A stretch of DNA of 55,597 nt, from positions 1 to 55,597 of IMG/VR virus record IMGVR_UViG_3300014838_000025; one strand, given 5' to 3'. The translations under genes were made by a program, and so were the position numbers. The stretch comes from a virus (taxonomy: Duplodnaviria; Caudoviricetes). The notes under the pieces were generated by a model. The model did not search any database and was not told the origin of the DNA. It saw only the letters and a program-made list of their open reading frames with translations. Shown one piece after another: positions 15,914-24,121 of this stretch (positions within the stretch are counted from its first letter, which is position 1; every line of letters begins with the position of its first letter).

Positions 15914-16003
15914 TGGCGGAAGAGGAGAGGAACGATCTCTCAGTACCTTTTGGTACGTCCGATTTCGAATCGGGTGGGCTTGCCAGCCTTGCCCAACTCT
16001 TCC
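15914..16003 (-). tRNA. tRNA-Ser(CGA)
   Basis: CCGA-UUCGAAA-UCGG; V-arm; CCA. Confidence 0.88.
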
Positions 16004-16004
16004 G

Positions 16005-16093
16005 TGGCGGAAGTGGACGGGTACGATCCGTCATGTCCCTTTCGGGTACGCCTGCTTTCCAGACAGGTGAGCCACCAATTGCTCAACACTTCC
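16005..16093 (-). tRNA. tRNA-Ser(GGA)
   Basis: CCUGU-CUGGAAA-GCAGG; V-arm; CCA. Confidence 0.9.
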
Positions 16094-16098
16094 ATAAA

Positions 16099-16188
16099 TG
16101 GCGGAGACGGCTGGGTACGATCCAGCAATACCATTTAAGGTACTCTCGCTTAGCGGGCGAGTGCAATTTCCATTTCTGCCACGTCTCC
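16099..16188 (-). tRNA. tRNA-Ser(GCU), C33
   Basis: CUCGC-CCGCUAA-GCGAG; V-arm; CCA. Confidence 0.88.
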
Positions 16189-16193
16189 AAACT

Positions 16194-16272
16194 TGGTGCC
16201 GATGCCCGGACTCGAACCGGGAAGCCGCTCGTTTTGAGTGAGCGAGGTATACCAAGTTCCCTTCACATCGGC
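16194..16272 (-). tRNA. tRNA-Leu(CAA), short variable loop
   Basis: GCUCA-CUCAAAA-CGAGC; A73; CCA. Confidence 0.85.
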
Positions 16273-16292
16273 ATAATCATTTTTCAAAGAAC

Positions 16293-16368
16293 TGGTAGGG
16301 GCGGAAGGACTCGAACCCTCAAAGACTGGGCCTAGGCCAGCCGTGTTTGCCACTTACACCACGCCCCC
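16293..16368 (-). tRNA. tRNA-Leu(UAG), C33, short variable loop
   Basis: GCUGG-CCUAGGC-CCAGU; CCA. Confidence 0.85.
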
Positions 16369-16373
16369 AAACT

Positions 16374-16448
16374 TGGAGCAGCGGGCGAGAATCGAACTCG
16401 CCAATAACAGTTTTGCAGACTGTCCGCTAACCGATTGCGTTTCCGTGC
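16374..16448 (-). tRNA. tRNA-Cys(GCA), bulged acceptor stem
   Basis: ACAGU-CUGCAAA-ACUGU; U73; 5' strand GCACGG versus 3' strand CCGCUGC. Confidence 0.82.
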
Positions 16449-16451
16449 TCA

Positions 16452-16528
16452 TGGTGCGGGTGAAGGGCATCGAACCCCTAGAACCGGGATTTTAAGTCCC
16501 AGATGTCTACCAGTTGCATCACACCCGC
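16452..16528 (-). tRNA. tRNA-Leu(UAA), short variable loop
   Basis: UGGGA-CUUAAAA-UCCCG; A73; CCA. Confidence 0.88.
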
Positions 16529-16530
16529 AC

Positions 16531-16556
16531 AATAAAAATGCCTCCACTCGGGAGGC
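16531..16556 (-). terminator. Attenuator terminator preceding tRNA block 1
   Basis: GCCUCC-CGAGU-GGAGGC then AUUUUUAUU; competing strand GGGAGGCGUUCGUC at 16587-16600. Confidence 0.8.
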
Positions 16557-16567
16557 TCCGTCAGGAC

Positions 16568-16584
16568 AGTCCAAATTTTGGACT
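16568..16584. repeat. 17-bp palindrome (copy 3, inside attenuator 1)
   Basis: agtccaaattttggact. Confidence 0.85.
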
Positions 16585-16649
16585 CAGACGAACGCCTCCC
16601 TGCCCGATGACAGGCTATACAAATCGGAACTGAGGCATAAGGTCTTCAT
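16584..16649 (-). CDS. Leader peptide 1 (21 aa, MKTLCLSSDLYSLSSGREAFV; in-frame GTG at 16652 is an alternative start)
   Basis: Starts at or near the predicted +1; codons match block-1 tRNAs; last codons form the antiterminator strand. Confidence 0.8.
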   Translation of the reverse strand: MKTLCLSSDLYSLSSGREAFV

Positions 16650-16659
16650 CACGAAACCA

Positions 16660-16688
16660 ACTATCTCACGGCTTAGGCCGAGTGTCAA
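16660..16688 (-). promoter_or_regulatory. sigma70-like promoter for tRNA block 1
   Basis: TTGACA-17 bp-GATAGT with TGn extension. Confidence 0.7.
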
Positions 16689-19600
16689 CTATCCATTCGG
16701 CATGAAAGCCATTTTCGCATATCCCTTGCCGACCACCTGCGGTTTGGTTTCAATACAACTTTCGTCACCCCAAATCTGGAAGTCCGTGGGCGAGGTTGCA
16801 ATGAAGCGAATCATCTTGAACGATACCGCTGGCAAGCGAACTCTCTGCTGGCTGCGAACCCCGGCGCTGTTCGGCAACGTGAAGGTGAAGAACGCTGTGG
16901 ATGACCCATCATAGTAAACATTTACCGTTATCACGCCGGTACTCGTAAACTCCCAGAAGCTATCCTTCGCAATACTGTTAGAGTCCTGTGAAAGCCGCAG
17001 CCAAAAACTGTCCATCACCTTCCGCGTTTTTGCCAGAGGCAGGGCTTTCAAACCAATCTGGTACACATACACGGCTGCGGACACGTTCCCAGTTATCAAA
17101 ACTGAAACTTTGTAATACTCAAAGCCATTTCCAGCATTCAAAGAGAAGTTAACCTTCTCGCGGATTACGGTATTTACGTTGCCAATCAACTGCGTTACTT
17201 GCCCATCCTCGAACATGAGAGAGACTGACACGTTCTGCCCATTCGTGTTTATATCGAGCGTCAGTTCTTGGAAACTTTTAGTCGATGCCGGATTCCCGAA
17301 ATCTGTGTACAAGGTTTGCAGGTTCATCGTGATCGGAACTTGTGTAAGAGAGCCTGATGTATTCCCCTCATCGTAGAACTGATCCTGCCTGTCGATGTGA
17401 ACCAGACCGTTCGAGTCGCCATAAAGCAGACTGTTTGTGTCAACTTCGAGAAATAATGATTGTGCATCAACGTCATCATTGCGCCAGCGTTTGTAATGCG
17501 TGTGCAAGCAGAGACGATGCCGCGCTTCGTCTGTTCCGATGTAGCTCACGTAGACCAGAGTGTTCCAGTACGCGATCCGGGTTTGCGAGAGTTTCGTCTG
17601 ATCGGACTCGACAATCGGACTTGAGCCTACCCCTTGGAAGATGAACTCCAAATCCTGCGTCAAGTACATTGACGCTCCGCCTGCGAAGAAACGTACACCG
17701 TCAATCGCTTGGTAGAACACTCCCTCTTCCGTGACAACCCATCCTAACGGAGCGATGCAGCCGTGCTTAGATGCGGTCGGATAGATTGTCGGACTTGCAT
17801 TTGCGTTGCTCCCCGGCGCTACTGAGAACCATCCTCCCTTCAAGGTTGAGACATAAAGATTACCCTTGATCGCAGCAATTACCGTAATAGGATCGTCAGC
17901 CGTGGTCACAGCTACATACGCCGCTGAACTCACGGCTTGAGGATAGTTTGACGCACTCCAGTACAAACTGTTCGGATTATTCGGATCACCCGCAAACCAG
18001 AACTGCCCGTAGGCTTGCGCCATGATCGTCACTGGTTGACCGTAATTTGCCGTGGCCGAAACCGTTTCCCCTACGGCATGGGTGTTCTGTACAAAGGCCG
18101 TGAAGTAGTTCGAGCCAAGCGAGAGCACAATCACTGTTTCAAAATTGTTGGCAATGGACCCGATCACCCCAATCGAGACTTGCTGCCGCAGAGAGATGCT
18201 TGCCATGCTTGTCGGATAGACGTTCACAACCTGATTCGTCGTCGCTATCCCCGTACTCAAATACGTGTTGACAGGGTTCTGCAACGTGCTCGTCACCGGA
18301 ACATCGTTGGTAAAAGAGATGATGTCGCTCTGCTGGATGTCAACGTCCGTTGACGTGTCCAGATACGTCTGCGGGCTTCCGGTAATCAGAACCTCGTCCA
18401 GCTTGCGGTAGTTGTCGCCTAGCGTTCCCCCTCGGCGGTAGATTCTCAGGCTCGTGGTCTGAGGATCAACCGTTGGAAATGTCATCGTCAGTTGAACTGG
18501 TTGCCGCCTTGGATACACCCAATTCGTATCGAGTGAAGGATTCACATTCGACATCACCATGCAGGGGTTTGACTCGGTTCCATCCACGTTGTTGTAGAAC
18601 GTGAACAGATAATCGTAGGCCACTCCCGCAAACGTGTCCGGCCCTGAGCCTCCAAATAAAATCAGCGAAGCTATATCGACCGTGACTGACGTGTTGTTGT
18701 TCATCACAATCGTTATCTGGTATCCGTTTACAGCACTCCAGTTGAACACAGGATCGTTAAAATCCGCACGGCCTGAGCCAGCAAAATCCGACAACTGCAA
18801 AAGCAGTGGAGTCCACGTATTCAACCCTGTATTCAATTCGGCAATACTGCTTGGACTGCTTACGGTTGTTGAACTTCCGTAGATTCCTAAAGACTCGTAA
18901 AGCAACGCATCTGTCGCGGCTGTCGTCGCCTCTGTGGTGTTGCTGCTTGCCGTGTCGAGAAGATTTTGCAGCGGCCCCTGAGCAATCACCTTGTAAAAAT
19001 AGTCCGAGTTGAAGGTTCCATCCCCACAATCAAACTTGAGAGTGATCGACTGAATCTGCGATGGATCGAATGCAGGCGTAGTCCCTGACGGAGCACCCAG
19101 CCACAAGCCGATGTAGTCCTCCATATTCAGAGTCGTCGGCCATCCGGCTATCGGAAACCCTACAAACGAATTTGTAATCGTTGCCGTGGTCGATGGAGCA
19201 ATGACCGCCTGATTTCCACGAAGTTGAACATTTTGTCCGATAATATGTGTTTTCGTGAAGTTGGCAATAAAGCCTGTCTCTGTCACCCCTAGAACCAAAA
19301 CATACTCAGCATTTGTCGAAACGAATCCGACCGCTAGATATTGGAACAATCCAATCGCTTGCGGATTTGCAACTGACACAGCCTGAATACCCGGAACCGT
19401 AACAGCCGAAGTGAGCGTTGTGCCAACTAGAATGTTGTTTGGATTGAACGTCGTCACGCCTGAAGTCGTGTAGGTAGAACTTACGTAGTAATCCAGAACA
19501 ATCAGATCGGGATTAAGAGCCTCAGCCGCCACAGGGTATTGCGGTTGGAAGATTCCCATCTGCTGCGGTGCTGCTAGAGTTCCGTTGTCCTTTTTCATGC

Positions 19601-20009
19601 CCCCTAAATCTGCCCAAAAAATATAGGGGGTTCCGCTGATGGGAGTTGGGGAATCGTTCTGCGACTGCCACGGGTTTCCGCTCATGCTCGATGAGATTTG
19701 AGCATACGCGCCATTCCCGGCTGCGGGCCTCCGGTACAGTCCCGTACCGCTGCCAGCATAGCGCCATGCGTTCCCATTCAACCCTGCCAGTTTTGCAAGG
19801 GAATGAACCTCTCCCGGCATCGGGTAAACCGTGGCTCCAGACTTGTTTACAAGAACGCTGCCTAATCTCGTTCCAATTGATCCCTCGGCCAGTTCCTCGC
19901 AGTTTGTGAGGGCTAAAAACGTACCTTCAGGCGCGGCATCGTCCACGTTCCGGGCGATTATGCCTTTTGAAGCCATGATAAAATTCGTGTTTTTGTATGC
20001 GGCGTCCAC
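16689..20009 (-). CDS. Large virion protein, tail nozzle / stabilisation-like (1106 aa)
   Basis: Beta-rich; motifs FWFAGDPNNPNSLYWS and HGCIAPLGWV resemble podovirus nozzle/P22 gp10-like propellers. Confidence 0.65.
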   Translation of the reverse strand: MDAAYKNTNFIMASKGIIARNVDDAAPEGTFLALTNCEELAEGSIGTRLGSVLVNKSGATVYPMPGEVHSLAKLAGLNGNAWRYAGSGTGLYRRPAAGNGAYAQISSSMSGNPWQSQNDSPTPISGTPYIFWADLGGMKKDNGTLAAPQQMGIFQPQYPVAAEALNPDLIVLDYYVSSTYTTSGVTTFNPNNILVGTTLTSAVTVPGIQAVSVANPQAIGLFQYLAVGFVSTNAEYVLVLGVTETGFIANFTKTHIIGQNVQLRGNQAVIAPSTTATITNSFVGFPIAGWPTTLNMEDYIGLWLGAPSGTTPAFDPSQIQSITLKFDCGDGTFNSDYFYKVIAQGPLQNLLDTASSNTTEATTAATDALLYESLGIYGSSTTVSSPSSIAELNTGLNTWTPLLLQLSDFAGSGRADFNDPVFNWSAVNGYQITIVMNNNTSVTVDIASLILFGGSGPDTFAGVAYDYLFTFYNNVDGTESNPCMVMSNVNPSLDTNWVYPRRQPVQLTMTFPTVDPQTTSLRIYRRGGTLGDNYRKLDEVLITGSPQTYLDTSTDVDIQQSDIISFTNDVPVTSTLQNPVNTYLSTGIATTNQVVNVYPTSMASISLRQQVSIGVIGSIANNFETVIVLSLGSNYFTAFVQNTHAVGETVSATANYGQPVTIMAQAYGQFWFAGDPNNPNSLYWSASNYPQAVSSAAYVAVTTADDPITVIAAIKGNLYVSTLKGGWFSVAPGSNANASPTIYPTASKHGCIAPLGWVVTEEGVFYQAIDGVRFFAGGASMYLTQDLEFIFQGVGSSPIVESDQTKLSQTRIAYWNTLVYVSYIGTDEARHRLCLHTHYKRWRNDDVDAQSLFLEVDTNSLLYGDSNGLVHIDRQDQFYDEGNTSGSLTQVPITMNLQTLYTDFGNPASTKSFQELTLDINTNGQNVSVSLMFEDGQVTQLIGNVNTVIREKVNFSLNAGNGFEYYKVSVLITGNVSAAVYVYQIGLKALPLAKTRKVMDSFWLRLSQDSNSIAKDSFWEFTSTGVITVNVYYDGSSTAFFTFTLPNSAGVRSQQRVRLPAVSFKMIRFIATSPTDFQIWGDESCIETKPQVVGKGYAKMAFMPNG

Positions 20010-20054
20010 ACGCTAAGGATAGCGTGATGAATCTTTTGCAGCCACAGAAATCCG

Positions 20055-20525
20055 CTATCGGTCTAAGTCCTCTGGAACAACCAGATAGCCCTTCATCCAA
20101 GGAATTACCACAACTTTCAGGGCACATCGGGTGTACTGCGGTGGAAGCCTATAATCATTGCGATCTGGTTCAGCCCATATGTACTGCAAATCAATCGACA
20201 AAGGATGATCGACATTAAGAGCGCATAGATCGCTGAACTCTCCCGGCCCAACCAACAGAACATGCCCTGAGTATCGGTGACAGAAGTTTACAATCTCCTG
20301 CTGCTGTTCGATAAGGTTCTTCATTAGATTCTGTGTGTCAACCACATCGTAGCGAACCGATTCTTCTAAGTGGCAGGCATTGCATCGCAGTTTTCTCAGA
20401 ATCCAGAGAGCGAACTTTTGCAGCCAATGATATTTTCTGTCAACTCGGAACTCATACGTGGACGGTAGGTATGAAGTCTTTGTATTTCTGACAATCCTCT
20501 GAAATTGAACTTGCTGCTCCATCAC
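20055..20525 (-). CDS. Hypothetical protein
   Basis: ORF overlapping its neighbour, SD AAGGAG. Confidence 0.6.
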   Translation of the reverse strand: MMEQQVQFQRIVRNTKTSYLPSTYEFRVDRKYHWLQKFALWILRKLRCNACHLEESVRYDVVDTQNLMKNLIEQQQEIVNFCHRYSGHVLLVGPGEFSDLCALNVDHPLSIDLQYIWAEPDRNDYRLPPQYTRCALKVVVIPWMKGYLVVPEDLDR

Positions 20526-20755
20526 GGCTCCTTCACTTCCAAATCCGGCTTAATACCGCATCTTTCGAGAAACCGACGATCCACTTCCCCGGACGGCACA
20601 ACATGAAAACTGAACCCGCAAGACACGTACACGCTCATCCTGAAGCCTTCCTTCACGAGTTCCTGATTCAAGTGCTCTACGGCCTCCCTCGCGGCCTCAG
20701 ACACCATCTGCTGCCCTAACGCCATCCATGCAGAACGCTCTTGAACCGACATCAT
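20522..20755 (-). CDS. Hypothetical protein
   Basis: ATGA-coupled ORF. Confidence 0.55.
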   Translation of the reverse strand: MMSVQERSAWMALGQQMVSEAAREAVEHLNQELVKEGFRMSVYVSCGFSFHVVPSGEVDRRFLERCGIKPDLEVKEP

Positions 20756-21543
20756 ACCCGTCTCTCCTGTCGTACAAAATTTGGAATCACCCCTCTAAAA
20801 TTTATATCGTTCGTGGACTCTCCATAACGCGGGCTATCAACCCGGAATCCCCACTTGGATTCGAATGTACTTCGGTCAGCATCGGCTTTCGCCGTTTCCT
20901 TCGATCCTTCTTCTGGAGGCATCAACCGCCAATGAGCCGAACAGTAATGCCAAAACTGGATGTCGATTTGAATCCCCCGAATGCCGCACGCCGCCATCCT
21001 GAGCGCCATATCGCAGTCAGAAGCGTATAAGAAATACTTTGGGTCAAGATAGTAGCCGTCCTTCGCCATAAGAGCGTCGTAGGCCCATTTACGGGCCAAC
21101 ATCACAGACATGGGCGTACACTCACTGACGGCCTTAGATGTTCCGAACACCGGGAAGTTTTTCTCTCCGGTTGCCGAAGCCGTGACAAACCCTCGCGGCC
21201 ACTTCAACATCTCGGAATACATGTTCGGCGGGATAACCACATCGTTTGCCAATGAAAGAACGTAGGGATGCGTTGCAAAGATCGTTTCCAGATACTTGTT
21301 CGAAAGCAGGACTGGACTCTGATTTTTTTCGTGGTGAGAAATATAGAACCAGTGCGGGGAGTCGGTGTTGTTCTCAAAGCCTTTCAACCATGCAACCGTC
21401 TCTTCGTCCGAACCGTTGTTGATAAGAAAAATGTCAAGACCGCCCACATCCTGAACCAGTACAGACTCAAGCGCCTCTTTCGTCAGTTCCAACTGCTCCG
21501 GATTACGGTTGTAGATCAACATCGAAACCGCGTGTCTCATCAT
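20752..21543 (-). CDS. Glycosyltransferase family 2
   Basis: LIYNR...LINNGSD...LANDVV...YFLYASDCDMALR GT-A motifs. Confidence 0.85.
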   Translation of the reverse strand: MMRHAVSMLIYNRNPEQLELTKEALESVLVQDVGGLDIFLINNGSDEETVAWLKGFENNTDSPHWFYISHHEKNQSPVLLSNKYLETIFATHPYVLSLANDVVIPPNMYSEMLKWPRGFVTASATGEKNFPVFGTSKAVSECTPMSVMLARKWAYDALMAKDGYYLDPKYFLYASDCDMALRMAACGIRGIQIDIQFWHYCSAHWRLMPPEEGSKETAKADADRSTFESKWGFRVDSPRYGESTNDINFRGVIPNFVRQERRV

Positions 21544-21549
21544 CCCCTC

Positions 21550-21942
21550 CTATTCGTAATGGATGCTCATTGGCTGGCGATCCTTAACAATCATCAGACG
21601 GTAAAACTGATCTCCAAGTATTTCTTGAAATAACTTCACGGTTTCTTGATTTCCGTAGTCACAATCGTCAAAATGAATATCGATCCCCTCTCGGAGTATC
21701 ACCATTGCTTTGTACTTAGCCGAGTTTTGATATTCCTCCGTTTTCCCAAACCAGAAATCAGGCTCAGGGAAACCCCTCGCTTTCATTAAGGCAATATCGT
21801 TTCTGCGGTTGTTACCGCCGTCGTCACTGTGCCCTGTAAGGCATCCAACTTGATGATTAAGTAACTTCATTGATTTCATCAGTTCACGGAAAAATGCCAT
21901 ATGGCTCCACATCGTCCCGTCAAAATCAATGCTTATTTTCAC
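21550..21942 (-). CDS. HAD-superfamily phosphatase-like protein
   Basis: ISIDFDGT motif I, LTG motif II, HFDD motif IV. Confidence 0.75.
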   Translation of the reverse strand: MKISIDFDGTMWSHMAFFRELMKSMKLLNHQVGCLTGHSDDGGNNRRNDIALMKARGFPEPDFWFGKTEEYQNSAKYKAMVILREGIDIHFDDCDYGNQETVKLFQEILGDQFYRLMIVKDRQPMSIHYE

Positions 21943-22862
21943 AAAATTCTCCTTCTCGCGTACTCAATCTGAGTCAATCCCTCCACGCTGTCATTGCAGC
22001 AATGCAATGTGTCGCAATCCTTACAAGCTGCGTACTTCTTCCGCTCACCCGCCAAGTGATCCATTCTTAGTTTCTCCCAAGCGGGTCCATTCCAGATTTC
22101 TTTCAGCGTGTTGCGATGTACGTTGCCCATCGTCAGTGACTTCTCCCACGCAACCGGGCATGGAACCACATCTCCATTCGTCTTAACAATCAGCATGTAG
22201 AACGGAAATGGGCAAGCAATTTTGTTGCTCTTGTAAGGAATCAGCGGTAGGCAGTCCGAGCCGATGCTGTGAAATCCCTCGCACCAGAAATCGTCTGCAA
22301 TGCCTTCGTATTTTGACTTTGCCCAAGGCATCTCGTCCGGGGTAAACACCTTCACGCAAATAAACGGCTTCTTCTTGTGTTGGTTGTCTCTCGCTATCTT
22401 GAGGCACTTTACATTGGCCTGTATCAGCCCCCAATACGGAAGCGATGGATATAGAGACACTCGAACATAATCAACCCCCGCGTCAATGATCTCCTGTTGG
22501 CGATGCTCATTCATCGGAAGTGCATTTGTCGTCAACTCAACCCGGTCACACGCGCTGGTCGCCATCTTTAACATCTCCCCAATCTTGGGATGTAGGAGAG
22601 ATTCTCCATAGTTGAATGGACGGATTACCTTCACTCCCGGCCATTCCCTGATCTCGTCGGTCAAGCGCCGAAACGTCTCTACATTCATGTACTTCTCTGG
22701 CCCTACCGTTTCGCGGTGATGTGGTAGGCTCAACGGGCACCACTCACAGGCGAACGTGCAGGTATTCGTCGGTTCAATGTAGATCACAATCGGCGCAGCT
22801 AGAGGCGCAGTGTCTTTCAGCGATACTCTCGGACATGGCTCGGTACTGAACGGATGGTTCAC
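21939..22862 (-). CDS. Radical SAM / SPASM-domain protein
   Basis: CTFACEWC, GESLLHP, SPASM CPFPF...GDVVPC...CKDC; GTG start coupled to the upstream stop. Confidence 0.9.
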   Translation of the reverse strand: MNHPFSTEPCPRVSLKDTAPLAAPIVIYIEPTNTCTFACEWCPLSLPHHRETVGPEKYMNVETFRRLTDEIREWPGVKVIRPFNYGESLLHPKIGEMLKMATSACDRVELTTNALPMNEHRQQEIIDAGVDYVRVSLYPSLPYWGLIQANVKCLKIARDNQHKKKPFICVKVFTPDEMPWAKSKYEGIADDFWCEGFHSIGSDCLPLIPYKSNKIACPFPFYMLIVKTNGDVVPCPVAWEKSLTMGNVHRNTLKEIWNGPAWEKLRMDHLAGERKKYAACKDCDTLHCCNDSVEGLTQIEYARRRIL

Positions 22863-23854
22863 GGCTTCACCCTCGAATTTGGGAAAGCATACCACACTAA
22901 TTCCGCCGCGCCTTCGGCGTACCTTCGCAACCGCAACGAGTATTCTGGGTTGAGCGCGTGGATCAAGAATGGGATGTCCCAGAGATGCGACGGCTTGTGG
23001 TAAGCGCAAATCGCCAGTACCGGGGAATACTTTTGAATCGTCTCCCTTGCGCCCCACAGCGCTTCAAGTTCGCTTCCCTCAATGTCCATCTTTATGTAGG
23101 TCGGAGGAATTCCGAAATACAGATGATCCAACCGTTTACATTGAACCTTTTCTTCTCCGCCTTCATCCAGTCGAGCATCCCAACTCCCGGTCGCCAGAAA
23201 ACGTTCATGCCCATCGTGGTCACTCAAGGCACATTGGCAAGTTGTCAATCGCGGCAACTCTGGAATCTTCCCAAAGTTCTCCGGGTCTGGCTCGACAGCG
23301 AACAGAGCACGATACTTCCCTCCAGACCACTGCATGAAAGATGCAAGCGTGTCGCCCGAGGCCGCCCCAACATCTACAAACACTTCATCGTCAATGTGAG
23401 CCATGAAGTCTGGAAAATACGTTTCCTCAATTGGAGACGGCGGAAGCTGGAGTTCGTAGTCGTGCGTCTCGCGGAACTTGTACTGATCCAGAAGCACCCT
23501 TACGGTTTCGTCGTCGTCCACAATCCAAGCAAGATGCGATGAGACTCTTCTTGAAGGAACTTCTCTGAATGTCGGAAGAACAACGTCCAGTGAAACAGGA
23601 TCGATCCCAGAACTTCTCAACTGTAGCCGAATCTGAGAGGCGTAATCGTGGCGCTGGATAGTCACAACATACTCGCCGTCTGGGTACATTTTATGCGCTT
23701 CCGGTAAGGACATCACCGGAATCCCTGAAACAGAAGTTCCCCACTTCGAGGGAGAGTTGTCAACAAAAGCACTCGGCGCTTTTCCGCTTGATCGAAGATA
23801 GGTCAAGGCATACCCGCCACACGATCCTGCTCCACACAAAATTAAAGGTCTCAT
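22859..23854 (-). CDS. FkbM-family methyltransferase
   Basis: VFVDVGAASGDT, VEPD, YIKMDIEGSE, LAICAYH; N-terminal Rossmann-like segment. Confidence 0.9.
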   Translation of the reverse strand: MRPLILCGAGSCGGYALTYLRSSGKAPSAFVDNSPSKWGTSVSGIPVMSLPEAHKMYPDGEYVVTIQRHDYASQIRLQLRSSGIDPVSLDVVLPTFREVPSRRVSSHLAWIVDDDETVRVLLDQYKFRETHDYELQLPPSPIEETYFPDFMAHIDDEVFVDVGAASGDTLASFMQWSGGKYRALFAVEPDPENFGKIPELPRLTTCQCALSDHDGHERFLATGSWDARLDEGGEEKVQCKRLDHLYFGIPPTYIKMDIEGSELEALWGARETIQKYSPVLAICAYHKPSHLWDIPFLIHALNPEYSLRLRRYAEGAAELVWYAFPNSRVKP

Positions 23855-24121
23855 TTACCCTCCCTAGCTACGTGTCTGGAATCCATGTTTTGCAATCGTC
23901 GCACCACCAGCCGTATCCGTTGAATGTTGAGTTCTTGTGGGGACACTGCTTGTTCGCTTCTTGCGTCTGGACATCTTCTTCATCAGTCGCCATACAACTC
24001 CTTCGGCGGAGGATTGTACTTCCAAGTCCGCAATCCGTTGCTGCAATCGAAATCTACTTCATGCCCCTTCGGATGACCGCACTGGAGATTAGTTTCCGGG
24101 TCTTTGCTGTCGCAAGTTGTG

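Noticed and set aside
9292-16528. tmRNA, rRNA, or integrase/att site associated with the tRNA array
   Set aside because: No tag reading frame, rRNA sequence or recombinase gene was recognised in the window.
9501-16914. ORF-track entries spanning tRNA genes, and extended starts at 11754, 12875, 13926 and 14883
   Set aside because: They overlap tRNA or Y-RNA genes. Downstream starts with an SD or -10 box fit better.
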